DNA of 64,000 bases from Thermoplasmata archaeon (lineage in GTDB: Archaea; Thermoplasmatota; Thermoplasmata; RBG-16-68-12; JAFNFQ01), in contig JBGPQV010000001.1 in assembly GCA_041489255.1 (NCBI GenBank), forward strand, positions 224,001-288,000, given 5' to 3'. Shown here one piece after another: positions 11,480 through 20,573 of the stretch (positions are counted from its first letter, which is position 1; each line of letters begins with the position of its first letter). A program made the position numbers and the translations under genes. Below the pieces are notes generated by a model, which was not told the origin of the DNA, did not search any database, and worked only from the letters and a program-made list of their open reading frames with translations.

Positions 11480-11775
11480 TCAGGGCGTCACGATTATCGT
11501 GTAGAAGTACACATAGCCGTCGTCGCATCCGGCGGCAATCTGCGGCTGTATTCGTGCGATATCGCGACGACTTGCACAATGCCTCCGGTCCTGTCCCTGC
11601 TGACGCTGGAATCCCCCTCCCTGAATGGCGAAACGTAGTAGTCATAGCCTCCCGCGACGCTGAAGCACGAGGTCCCCGACGGGCAATCCGCCACAGACAT
11701 GTCCACGGACAAGCTGAAAGAGCTCATGGTCCATTGACTGCTGGGGCTGTCGTCGCAGACGATGTACTGTTCAGC
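11480..11775 (-). pseudogene. Frameshifted WD40/beta-propeller remnant
   Basis: SVDMS...AGGYDYYV...GGIVQVVAIS in one frame, continuing after a shift near 11545 as QIAAGCDDGYVYFYTIIVTP*; upstream in-frame TAA at 11776-11778. Confidence 0.5.
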
Positions 11776-11892
11776 TTAGCTATCGCTGCCTTGGCTCCTG
11801 CCCACCAGCGACCTGACTGAAATCTGCGTGGCGTTCTGTTTTTACGCGTTCGTGACGCCGAATCCGGTTGCACCACTGTTGTCTAGCCCTTC

Positions 11893-12002
11893 GATTCGAG
11901 CGTTTGACGAAGATGGTACGAGCGTGGTACGAGCGTGGTACGAGCGTGGTACGAGCGTGGAACGAACATGGTACGAACAACTGACGAACAAAGGTCGAAC
12001 AA
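11893..12002. repeat. 11-bp tandem repeat, 10 units (4 perfect GGTACGAGCGT, 11915-11958)
   Basis: gattcgagcgt/ttgacgaagat/(ggtacgagcgt)x4/ggaacgaacat/ggtacgaacaa/ctgacgaacaa/aggtcgaacaa. Confidence 0.9.
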
Positions 12003-12093
12003 GCGCCCATACGAACAGGGCGTTTCCCTCCATGGGCGGCACCTCGCCCAAAAAGCCTTTAGCGCGACTGCGGATGCAAGCGCGGGTATTCAG

Positions 12094-13131
12094 ATGAAGG
12101 CTGTCGTTTTCCACAGGCATGGCGGGCCTGAGGTCCTCCAGTATGAAGAAGCCCCAGACCCCAAGGTCGGTCCGAAGGACGTCCTCGTCCGCGTCAAGGC
12201 GGCGAGCTGCAACCACAACGACATCTGGGCGAGGAAGGGACTTCCGGGAATGAAGTTCGACCTCCCGCACATCTCAGGCAGCGACGTCTCCGGCGAGGTC
12301 ATCGAGGTCGGGAGTGCCGCGACCGGCATCCAGGTCGGCCAGAAGGTCCTCTCTCATCCCGTGCTCAGCTGCCGCACATGCGAGTGGTGCACGTCCGGAC
12401 AGGAGTATTTCTGCCGCCAGCTCAAGATCTGGGGCTTCCAGACCGAACCCTACGATGGCGGGTATGCGGAGCTTGCGAGGCTACCCGAGGTGAACGTCAT
12501 CCCGGTACCGCCAAACCTCAGCTGGGAAGAGGCCGCCGCGATACCGCTAGTCCTGCTCACCGCCTATCACATGCTCGTCACGAGAGCGCAGCTGAAGGCG
12601 GGAGAGGACCTGCTCCTTTGGGGATCCTCAAGCGGCATAGGCCACGTCGGCATCCAGGTAGCGAAGATCATCGGCGCTCGAGTGATCGCGGTGGCGGGAA
12701 CTGACGAGAAGTGCAGCAAGGCGAAGGCACTCGGAGCGGACGAAGTGATCAACTACAACACGCAGGATGTCGCGGCTGAAGTGAAGAAGCTCACGAACAA
12801 GAAAGGCGTGGAGGTCGTCTTCGAGCACACCGGCCAAGCGACCTGGGAGAGGTCGATAGCCTCCATGGCCTGGGGCGGTCGCCTGGTGATCTGCGGCAAC
12901 ACCACCGGCTTCGAGGCGAAGACAGACCTGCGCTTCCTCTTCAACAAGCAACTGTCCCTTCTCGGCTCTCACGAGGGCAACAAGGCGGAGATGATCAGGG
13001 GTTTGAAATGGGTCGAGGCCGGGAAGGTCAAGCCCGTCATAGACAAGACGTTCGCCCTGAAAGATGCGGCGAGAGCTCAAGAGGCCATGGAAAAAGGACA
13101 GCACTTCGGGAAGATCGTGCTCAAGCCGTAG
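12094..13131 (+). CDS. Zinc-binding medium-chain dehydrogenase/reductase
   Basis: MKAVVFHRHGGPEVL, GSDVSG, structural CxxCxxC..C, GSSSGIG. Confidence 0.92.
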   Translation: MKAVVFHRHGGPEVLQYEEAPDPKVGPKDVLVRVKAASCNHNDIWARKGLPGMKFDLPHISGSDVSGEVIEVGSAATGIQVGQKVLSHPVLSCRTCEWCTSGQEYFCRQLKIWGFQTEPYDGGYAELARLPEVNVIPVPPNLSWEEAAAIPLVLLTAYHMLVTRAQLKAGEDLLLWGSSSGIGHVGIQVAKIIGARVIAVAGTDEKCSKAKALGADEVINYNTQDVAAEVKKLTNKKGVEVVFEHTGQATWERSIASMAWGGRLVICGNTTGFEAKTDLRFLFNKQLSLLGSHEGNKAEMIRGLKWVEAGKVKPVIDKTFALKDAARAQEAMEKGQHFGKIVLKP

Positions 13132-13369
13132 ACCTGAGCGCCTTCTTCACCGCCGCCTGCAGCACCTCGTAGTCCGGGAACCTTCTCGCCTTCGTGCTCG
13201 AGTAGACCAGCTTCCCGCCGACCTTGATGTCGTAGACGCCCTGGTCGCCCGGTACCAGTTTCACCGCCGTGATATCCTCGCCGAACTCGGTAAGGAGCTG
13301 CTCGGTGTGCTTCATCGCGAGGGGCAGGTACTTGCAGGGGACGCAGTATTTTATCTCGACCGTGACCAT
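13121..13369 (-). CDS. Rdx (SelW/SelT/SelH) family redoxin, Cys form
   Basis: VEIKYCVPC...PGDQGVYDI...RFPD. Confidence 0.85.
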   Translation of the reverse strand: MVTVEIKYCVPCKYLPLAMKHTEQLLTEFGEDITAVKLVPGDQGVYDIKVGGKLVYSSTKARRFPDYEVLQAAVKKALRSTA

Positions 13370-13485
13370 TTCTCTTGCCTTATATTATCAAACCTCTCTG
13401 GACTAGTTAAAGTTGTCCCGCCCATGGAAGATGAATGAGCCTCATTTTCAAAAGCCATTAAGAGGATGATTGCCCTCTTCTTGCC

Positions 13486-14094
13486 GTGTTCGACTGGCGG
13501 CGGGCGGGCAGCTGGTGCGGGCTCGCGGGATCATCGATATTTCTCGTGGCCTGGGCCACGGCGATTGCGGCGACCCCCCGCTACAGCTTCGGAGGTCAGT
13601 GGGTCAGCGATCTCGGCGTTGGGGCGGGTGCCTCGTTCTTCAACGCCGGTGCGATCATGGCGGGAATGCTCTCAATCCCGTTTGCGGTCACATTGGCGCT
13701 CGTTCTCCGTCCTTCTCGCCTCGGGATTGCAGGCTCGATGTTCCTAGCTCTGGCGGGAGTCTTCCTCATGGGAGTCGGCGTTTTCACCGAGAACGCGGGC
13801 GAGACGCATTGGATCGTCTCGATATCATTCTTCTCTCTCATGCTGATATCGATGACCCTGCTGTCATACCCGCTGTTCCGCTCCGCCACCATGGGTCCGT
13901 GGAGCGGCCAGTTCACCGCCACGATCATGATGATTGGCATCGGCTTCGTGGCTCTCTACGGAATGGAATCCCTTGCGGAAACGGTCGCCGTCCTGCTCAT
14001 CGCCATCTGGTCGCTGGCGATCGCGTGGAAGCTCCGCTGGTACCTATGTGTCGTCTTCCCGCAAGGGGCTCCTGGCGGGCGCTCCATGCGTTGA
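13486..14094 (+). CDS. DUF998 family membrane protein
   Basis: VSDLG...FNAG...GVGVF.E...HW; multiple TM helices. Confidence 0.8.
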   Translation: MFDWRRAGSWCGLAGSSIFLVAWATAIAATPRYSFGGQWVSDLGVGAGASFFNAGAIMAGMLSIPFAVTLALVLRPSRLGIAGSMFLALAGVFLMGVGVFTENAGETHWIVSISFFSLMLISMTLLSYPLFRSATMGPWSGQFTATIMMIGIGFVALYGMESLAETVAVLLIAIWSLAIAWKLRWYLCVVFPQGAPGGRSMR

Positions 14095-14108
14095 CTGCTT
14101 CAGCTTGG

Positions 14109-14504
14109 CTACTGCTTCCCGGCGGTCTTCTGGAGATACGCGCCCATCCGCTCGAATTCATTCTTGAAGGTGGCATAGTCGTAGTCCTGCGCGTGGATCA
14201 TCGCGCTCCAGAACGAAGTCCAGCCTGCGAGCGTGGCGACCTCCGCGAGTTCCTTCTCTGTCGCGCCGTTCATCTTGGCCGCCCCCATGTGAAACAGCTG
14301 GCAATAGGGGCACTTGATGTTTGCGGCGACTGCGAGCCCGATCAGCTCCCGGTACTTGGGCGGGATGTCCGATTCCTCGATCGAATACTTCCTGAACAAC
14401 GGCCACTCCGCGACAAGAACGTCCTTGGGCAGGGCTTTCATGAATCCTGGCACAAATCCGAATGTCTTCTTCACGTCATCTAGTGTCTTTTCGTATTGGT
14501 CCAT
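14109..14504 (-). CDS. Carboxymuconolactone decarboxylase/AhpD family protein
   Basis: FGFVP, KYRELIGLAVAANIKCPYC..FH...A...GAT. Confidence 0.9.
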   Translation of the reverse strand: MDQYEKTLDDVKKTFGFVPGFMKALPKDVLVAEWPLFRKYSIEESDIPPKYRELIGLAVAANIKCPYCQLFHMGAAKMNGATEKELAEVATLAGWTSFWSAMIHAQDYDYATFKNEFERMGAYLQKTAGKQ

Positions 14505-14687
14505 GTCATCACTCCCTTGTCTTCAGGGATTTTGGTATACCTAACAAATGGTGCCGTATAAACATTCGCCATATGGCCGCGGCAGTGTCAGCCTCATCCT
14601 GGCTCAGTTCGACCCAGTGCCCAATGGGAGGATTGGTCCTTAACAAGATTGATGTGCCCCTTCGCACATAGCGGTTGGGAGAGCAGA

Positions 14688-14846
14688 ATGGCCTTCTACC
14701 AGACAGGGGAGAGAGTCCGCGCGGGCAGGTTCCGATGCGCGGGATGCGGAGTCGATTTGAAGATTGACAAAGACGGCGAGCGCCTCCCTGAATGCCCGTG
14801 CGGATCGCGCAGCTACGAAGGACACGCGTCCCTGAAGGCCCGATAG
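14688..14846 (+). CDS. Small zinc-ribbon protein (52 aa)
   Basis: YQTGE...G.F.CAGCG...LPECPCG; GGGAG upstream. Confidence 0.75.
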   Translation: MAFYQTGERVRAGRFRCAGCGVDLKIDKDGERLPECPCGSRSYEGHASLKAR

Positions 14847-14848
14847 GA

Positions 14849-15787
14849 TCATTCGAGGTTCTCGACATACCTCTGCGCGTCGACCGCCGCCTGGCAGCCG
14901 TATCCTGCGGCGGTGACCGCCTGCCTGTACCTGTGGTCGTGCACGTCCCCCGCCGTGAACACCCCGGGGACGCTGGTCATCGTGTTCTCCTTCTTGACGA
15001 CGTAGCCCTTTTCATCCATCTCGACATGCCCCTTCAAGAAGGCGGTGTCCGGGTCGTGGCCAATCGACAGGAACACCCCGTCAGCTTTCAACTCGGTCAC
15101 ATTCCCCGTCTTGACGTTCTTCAGTCGGATGCCCTCCACCTTCGTCGAGCCCAGGATCTCCTCGATAACCGTGTCCCACATCCAGTGGATCTTCGGGTTC
15201 TTCATCGCCCTCTTCTGCATGATCGGGCTGGCCCTGAGCTTGTCCCGCCGGTGGATCACGGTCACCTTCATGCACATGTTCGTCAGGTAGATCGAGTCCT
15301 CCATCGCGACATCCCCGCCGCCGATGACGACGACCTCCTTGTCCTTGAACAGGAACCCGTCGCACGTCGCGCAGGCCGAGACGCCCTTGCCCCGCAACCT
15401 CTTCTCGCTCGTAAGCCCGAGCCACTTCGCCTTCGCTCCGGTGGCGACTATGACAGCTTTCCCCTCGTAAGCGGCATCGCCGATGAAGACCTTCAGCGGT
15501 CTGCCTGAAAAGTCGACGGTGGTCACGTTGTCGTCGACGAACTCCGTCCCGAACTTCTCCGCCTGCTTCCTCATGAGGGTCATCAGGTTGGGCCCCATGA
15601 TCCCGTCGGGGAATCCAGGGAAGTTCTCCACCGTGGTCGTGAGCATGAGCTGCCCGCCGGGGAGGCGGTAGCTGTCGTCGACCGTGGGGCCGCCTGCGAT
15701 GCAGAGGACTTTAAGATTCGCTCGGCAGGCATAGATTGCGGCTGTGAGACCTGCGGGACCGGAGCCGATGATGAGGACGTCGTACAT
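14849..15787 (-). CDS. trxB: Thioredoxin reductase
   Basis: IIGSGPAG, GGQL...VENFPG, CATCDG, IGGGD, HRRD, TAGD. Confidence 0.96.
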   Translation of the reverse strand: MYDVLIIGSGPAGLTAAIYACRANLKVLCIAGGPTVDDSYRLPGGQLMLTTTVENFPGFPDGIMGPNLMTLMRKQAEKFGTEFVDDNVTTVDFSGRPLKVFIGDAAYEGKAVIVATGAKAKWLGLTSEKRLRGKGVSACATCDGFLFKDKEVVVIGGGDVAMEDSIYLTNMCMKVTVIHRRDKLRASPIMQKRAMKNPKIHWMWDTVIEEILGSTKVEGIRLKNVKTGNVTELKADGVFLSIGHDPDTAFLKGHVEMDEKGYVVKKENTMTSVPGVFTAGDVHDHRYRQAVTAAGYGCQAAVDAQRYVENLE

Positions 15788-15890
15788 GTCGCGACTTAGA
15801 GCGCACTCTCCGTCAAAAACCTTCCCCGACAGCCGGGGTCGTTCGAAGAGCATCAGGCTTAAAGCCCCCTGAGAATAATATCCAGCTCAC

Positions 15891-16664
15891 ATGGCTCAGC
15901 AGAAGACCATGGCCGTATGCCCCGAATGCGGGGCGAAGGTCCGCAAGGAGAACCTCAAGGGGCACATCGACAAAGTGCACAAGAAGGCGGCCGTGGCGAA
16001 GGAGAAGACTCCGGAGCAGACGGCAAGGCCGACCCGCCCGAGAGTCAAAGATCAGCGCAAGGTAAGCCCCTGGCCCGCCATCGCCCTTGCAGCCCTCATG
16101 GCCCTCTCGAGCCTGGGAGCGTACGCCATCTTGACGCAGACACCTAGCAACCCGAGCAACAACCCGCCGCCGTCCAGCAATCGCAGGGCGGCAATCGCCA
16201 CGAGCATGGGCACATTCACGATTGAACTCTACGAGGATAAAGCTCCGCGGACCGCCGGGAACTTCATACGCCTGGCACAGGCGGGCTTCTACAACGGCCT
16301 GATCTTCCACAGGGTCGTGGCCGACTTCGTCATACAGGGCGGGGACCCAAACGGTGACGGCACGGGAAATTCGGGGCAGACCGTTGATTGGGAGAACACA
16401 GGGCTGACGAACGTCAAGTACACGGTCGCAATGGCCCGCTCGGGGGATCCGAACTCGCCCCAAGGCGCGAACACAGCTACCAGCCAGTTCTTCGTGAACC
16501 TGAAGGACAACCCGAGTCTGGACAGCTACACCTATCGCTTCGTCGTCTTCGGAAAGGTCATCAGCGGGCAGTCAGTCGTCGACGCGATTGGACAGGTGAG
16601 CGTGGACTCGAACGACAAGCCGTATACTCCTGTAGTGATGAACACGGTCACCATCACGAGCTGA
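15891..16664 (+). CDS. Membrane-anchored cyclophilin-type PPIase with N-terminal C2H2 zinc finger
   Basis: CPEC...HIDKVH, TM helix, then FHRV..FVIQGGDP, VAMAR, SQFF, VFGKV. Confidence 0.9.
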   Translation: MAQQKTMAVCPECGAKVRKENLKGHIDKVHKKAAVAKEKTPEQTARPTRPRVKDQRKVSPWPAIALAALMALSSLGAYAILTQTPSNPSNNPPPSSNRRAAIATSMGTFTIELYEDKAPRTAGNFIRLAQAGFYNGLIFHRVVADFVIQGGDPNGDGTGNSGQTVDWENTGLTNVKYTVAMARSGDPNSPQGANTATSQFFVNLKDNPSLDSYTYRFVVFGKVISGQSVVDAIGQVSVDSNDKPYTPVVMNTVTITS

Positions 16665-16718
16665 ACGCTCTCACATACGTGAGGAACGTTTATTCACGCC
16701 TCTTTCAATGTCCTCGCG

Positions 16719-17633
16719 GTGCAGAGAACCCAGCAGCTCGGTCAAGGAGAAGAGAGACCCAGGATTGCCGTCGTCGGCTGCGGCGGTGCGGGATGCAACA
16801 CGGTCCATCATCTCCCCGCCACTCCGGGTCTGGAGATCATCGGCCTCAACGACGTCCCTCACCCGTCTCTCCTTGGCATCAAGCACCGCGTCCTCATCTC
16901 AGAAGACGAGCTCAAGACGATCGCAACGCTGGACGACTCGGTCGCCCGCGGACTTGAGACCGATGCCGAGAGGCTGATTGCGCGCGAACTCATCGGGTTC
17001 GACATGGTCGTCGTCGTGGCCGGTCTTGGCGGGAACACGGGTGGAGACGGGGCGAACGCTGTCGCGCGCGTAGCCCGCATCCACAACATCCCGGTGTGGG
17101 GGATCGTGACCCAGCCCTTCAAGGCGGAGGGGCTCAGGAGGAGAATGGCGAGCCAGGAAAGCCTCGACAGATTGCGCAAGAGGTGCCCCGGGGTCCTCGC
17201 CTTCACCAACGACGAGCTCCTGGAAATCGCGCCGGAGATACCGATCATGAGGGCATTCGCGATCATGGGGCAGATAATGGTCAAGCCCCTGGAGGCGATG
17301 TCGAAGCTGATCACGAAGAGCGACATCCGCCTCATGCGTGAGTTCTTCGCAGGGTGTCGCGAGCTCAGGCTCGGGATCGGCGAGGCGAAAGGCCCTCACA
17401 GGTCATTCGAGTCCGTGATAGACGCGTTCGCGTCGCCCTGGATGAAGTTCGATGCGGAAAGGGCAAGGCAGGCGATGGTCTTCATCAGCGGCTCGAAGGT
17501 CGACGAGGACATCGTCAAGGATGTCTTGCACAACGTCTCGCTCCGCGCGCCGATCGCAGAGGTGCTGTACGGCACCTACACGGAGGGAGAGGGCGAGATG
17601 ATCAGGGTCAGCGTCATGGTCCCGCCGCCATGA
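16719..17633 (+). CDS. Divergent FtsZ-family protein
   Basis: VVGCGGAGCN, GLGGNTG, PFKAEG..R, NDELL; T7 loop and C-terminal tail absent. Confidence 0.85.
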   Translation: MQRTQQLGQGEERPRIAVVGCGGAGCNTVHHLPATPGLEIIGLNDVPHPSLLGIKHRVLISEDELKTIATLDDSVARGLETDAERLIARELIGFDMVVVVAGLGGNTGGDGANAVARVARIHNIPVWGIVTQPFKAEGLRRRMASQESLDRLRKRCPGVLAFTNDELLEIAPEIPIMRAFAIMGQIMVKPLEAMSKLITKSDIRLMREFFAGCRELRLGIGEAKGPHRSFESVIDAFASPWMKFDAERARQAMVFISGSKVDEDIVKDVLHNVSLRAPIAEVLYGTYTEGEGEMIRVSVMVPPP

Positions 17634-18108
17634 GCGACCTGCCCATCACGTGCCTTTCCATTTTGAAACCCATCTTCAGGTAGAGGGGTCTCGCGCTTTC
17701 ATTGCCATCAGCGACCTCGAGCTTGACCTTCTCCAGTCCCTGCTCCTGGAACCACTTGAACGCGAACTCTATCAGCTGCCTGCCAACGCCCTGCCGCCTC
17801 GCCCATTCAGCCACGTAGATGTCGAAGATGAACCCGTACGGCCTAGACGAATAGAACGGCATCGTCTGCCCGAGGAGAATGTGCCCCGCGGATGTTCCCC
17901 TCTCATCTTCCGCGATGAATAGACTGTTTCTGGGGTCGTCCAGGTAGGGGCCGGCGGCCTGTCTGAAGTGGCTCTCGAACTCCCGCCTGTCCATCCCTGC
18001 CCTCTCATCCTCAGGTATGTCCCGCCATGCCGTCTCCAGAGTCGCCTTCCAGAAAGCCTCGCGGTCGGCAGCCTTGCCTTCCCTTATCCTCACTCGCATG
18101 ATTGCCAC
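17614..18108 (-). CDS. GNAT family N-acetyltransferase
   Basis: IYV...ARRQGVG, V...N..A..LY.KMGF. Confidence 0.9.
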   Translation of the reverse strand: MAIMRVRIREGKAADREAFWKATLETAWRDIPEDERAGMDRREFESHFRQAAGPYLDDPRNSLFIAEDERGTSAGHILLGQTMPFYSSRPYGFIFDIYVAEWARRQGVGRQLIEFAFKWFQEQGLEKVKLEVADGNESARPLYLKMGFKMERHVMGRSLMAAGP

Positions 18109-18227
18109 CAGGCAATGGAGGATATTAGACAGTTGGTGGAATCCGCCGACCCCTCCCGCCAGCTCTTTTTCGGCGGTGATAACCAGCGCGGTGCTATCTA
18201 ATAGCCTCGCCCGCGCTAGATTCGGAC

Positions 18228-20573
18228 ATGCTCCAGCCCCAGTGCCTTCGCTGCGGGGCTATATCCCAGGCGCCTCTGTGCAGCAGGTGCCTTTCATTCC
18301 TCGCGGCGCACAGACCCCTCCTCTTCGATCCAAAGGTGGAACGGGGGACATCGGTGGTCGAGCTGTTGGGAAAGGGCGGGAGGCTCATGGCGACCCTCGA
18401 CCCGAAGAAGCCGCTATTGGCTTTCGACGAACCGCCCCTAGACTGGAAGTCCGAGGCGGCGGCCGAGTTCATCCTGAAACACATGGGCTTCAATGGCGGC
18501 GCTCCAGACAAGCTGACGCTGGGCGACGCCGAACTTCTCCATGATATCCTGTTCCATTTCTCGCAGAGGCCCCTGAACCCGGGGAAACTCGAATCCAGAC
18601 TTCAGGCGTTGAAGAAGCGCCTTGCCGAGGTCCCTTATCTCCCGCAAGTCGAGGCGAACCTCAAGAGTCAGGCGCCGCCAGTGTTCGCACAGGCGGTCGC
18701 CTCGGCGGTCTCGATCACACAGCCGGTCATCGAGCGACTGGAGGAGGCGCGGGGGGTGATTGAGCTTCCTTCACCGCCCCCCGACGAGCCCGAACCCTTG
18801 CCGCCAGAGCCTCCAGATTCCCCCGAGCCGGAGATACCGCCGTTGGAACCGCCGCCGCCAGCGGACGTGCCCCCTGAGCCGGAAGAGCGGCACCCCCAGA
18901 CCCCGCCAGTTCCCGAAATCGTCACCGCGGCCGCCGAGCTCGAGCAGCTTCAAGCGGAGATCCAGAGGCTGTCCATGCTCAAGGCGCAGATGGGGAGGCA
19001 GAGGGACGAGATTCAGAACGTGCTCCAGGTCGAGAGGTCCGCGCTGGAGGAGCGCGAGGTCCTCGTGACCGCCCAGGCGGCCACCTTGCAGTCACGGGCG
19101 AGAGAACTCACGGAGAAGGAGAAGGATCTGAGCTCGAGGGAGGCGGAAACGGCTAGGCAGAGGCGCCGCCTTGACCTGACCGAGTTCCTGATGTCCGTCC
19201 CAGAGCTGGAGAGGAAAGACCTCCAAGTTCTGCGCGCGAACTACCAGGACCTGGAATCGCTCAAGTCCGCGACACTCGACGACCTCATGGCGGTCGGGGA
19301 GCTCGGCGAGGCGAAGTCCAGAGAGCTGTACGCCGCACTGCACCCAAGCTGGTCAGACGAGGACGAGGACCTCGCCACCAGGGCTCAGGCGCTCCTTGAG
19401 GTAGGCGACTACCACGGGGCGCTCCAATGCTACGATTTCATGCTGAGGAAATCCCCCGAGAGCGAGAACCTCTGGTTCAACAAGGCAGAGGTGCTCGGGA
19501 TGATCAATGACCGCGAGGGAGCGCTCCAAGCCTACTCGCGCGTGCTCGAGATCAACAAGAACAATGCGGTCGCGTGGCAGGAGAAGGCAGACCTCCTCTT
19601 CGAAGCGAGCAGGATCGAGGAAGGGATACGGGCCCTCCGCAGCCTCATCGAGGTTGACCACGAGAAGGTCGAGATCGTTCTCGCGAAGGCGGAGCAAGTC
19701 GCTGCACGAGGGATGGAAAGGGACGCGGTCCTGCTCTACAACGCGATCCTGGAGGCGGACCCGGGGAACGTGAAGGCGCACCTCGGACTGGGAGACTGCC
19801 TGGTGAAGCTCGGCGACTGCGACATGGCGGACAAGATGTATACCCGGGCCCTCGGCAGGGACCCTCAGAACCCGCGCGCCCTCTACAGGAAAGGCTCGAT
19901 GCTCAACCGCAGGGGGAGGTGGGGAGCGGCACTGCAACTCTTCAACAGGGCGATCGCTCTGGACTGGAACTACGCCGACCCATGGATCGGCAAGGGCGAG
20001 TTGCTGCTCAAGCAGGGAAAACCGTCTGAGGCCTTGGACTGCTACCAGAAGGCAATCGAATTCGGACCTGAAAGGGCAGACGCCTGGGCGGGCAAGGCCT
20101 TGGTGCATCTGGCCAGAGAGGAGACCGAGCAGGCCAACGCCGCGATGGCGAAAGCGGAGGAGCTCGAGCCCGAGAGCGAATCGCTCAAGGAAATCAAGAA
20201 GGTCGTCGAGCGCGGCGCTCGAAAGGGCGGTCACGAGCCGCGCAGAGTCATCATCAGGGAGGATTCCGACGAGATCCTGAAGGCCGTCCTGAAGGACTCG
20301 AAGGGAATCAGCGAGTCGCAGATACTGAGGAGACTGGCGGACATGGCCCTCGATGCGGGGGACCTCGAGGAGGCTCTCAAGAGCTACTCGGAGGCCCTCG
20401 CGACGGATGAGAACGATGCCGACGCCTGGTGCGGCAAGGGCCTGGTCCTCCGCAAGATGGGGCGGTTCGAGGAGGCGGCGGAGGCATACGACCGTGCCCT
20501 CAGAATCGACCCGAACAGGGAAGACGCGAGACATGGCCGCGAGGCCTGCGCAAAGGAGGAGGCTGCAAAATGA
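18228..20573 (+). CDS. Zn-finger / Pro-rich / coiled-coil / HhH / TPR multidomain protein
   Basis: CLRC...CSRC, PPPPDEPEP linker, heptad region, LMAVGELGEAKS HhH-like, many TPRs. Confidence 0.85.
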   Translation: MLQPQCLRCGAISQAPLCSRCLSFLAAHRPLLFDPKVERGTSVVELLGKGGRLMATLDPKKPLLAFDEPPLDWKSEAAAEFILKHMGFNGGAPDKLTLGDAELLHDILFHFSQRPLNPGKLESRLQALKKRLAEVPYLPQVEANLKSQAPPVFAQAVASAVSITQPVIERLEEARGVIELPSPPPDEPEPLPPEPPDSPEPEIPPLEPPPPADVPPEPEERHPQTPPVPEIVTAAAELEQLQAEIQRLSMLKAQMGRQRDEIQNVLQVERSALEEREVLVTAQAATLQSRARELTEKEKDLSSREAETARQRRRLDLTEFLMSVPELERKDLQVLRANYQDLESLKSATLDDLMAVGELGEAKSRELYAALHPSWSDEDEDLATRAQALLEVGDYHGALQCYDFMLRKSPESENLWFNKAEVLGMINDREGALQAYSRVLEINKNNAVAWQEKADLLFEASRIEEGIRALRSLIEVDHEKVEIVLAKAEQVAARGMERDAVLLYNAILEADPGNVKAHLGLGDCLVKLGDCDMADKMYTRALGRDPQNPRALYRKGSMLNRRGRWGAALQLFNRAIALDWNYADPWIGKGELLLKQGKPSEALDCYQKAIEFGPERADAWAGKALVHLAREETEQANAAMAKAEELEPESESLKEIKKVVERGARKGGHEPRRVIIREDSDEILKAVLKDSKGISESQILRRLADMALDAGDLEEALKSYSEALATDENDADAWCGKGLVLRKMGRFEEAAEAYDRALRIDPNREDARHGREACAKEEAAK

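Noticed and set aside
11893-12002. CRISPR array
   Set aside because: Units are 11 bp, contiguous and without spacers; no cas genes in the window
13121-13369. Selenoprotein (SelW-like with UGA)
   Set aside because: Both redox positions are TGC (CVPC); no in-frame TGA
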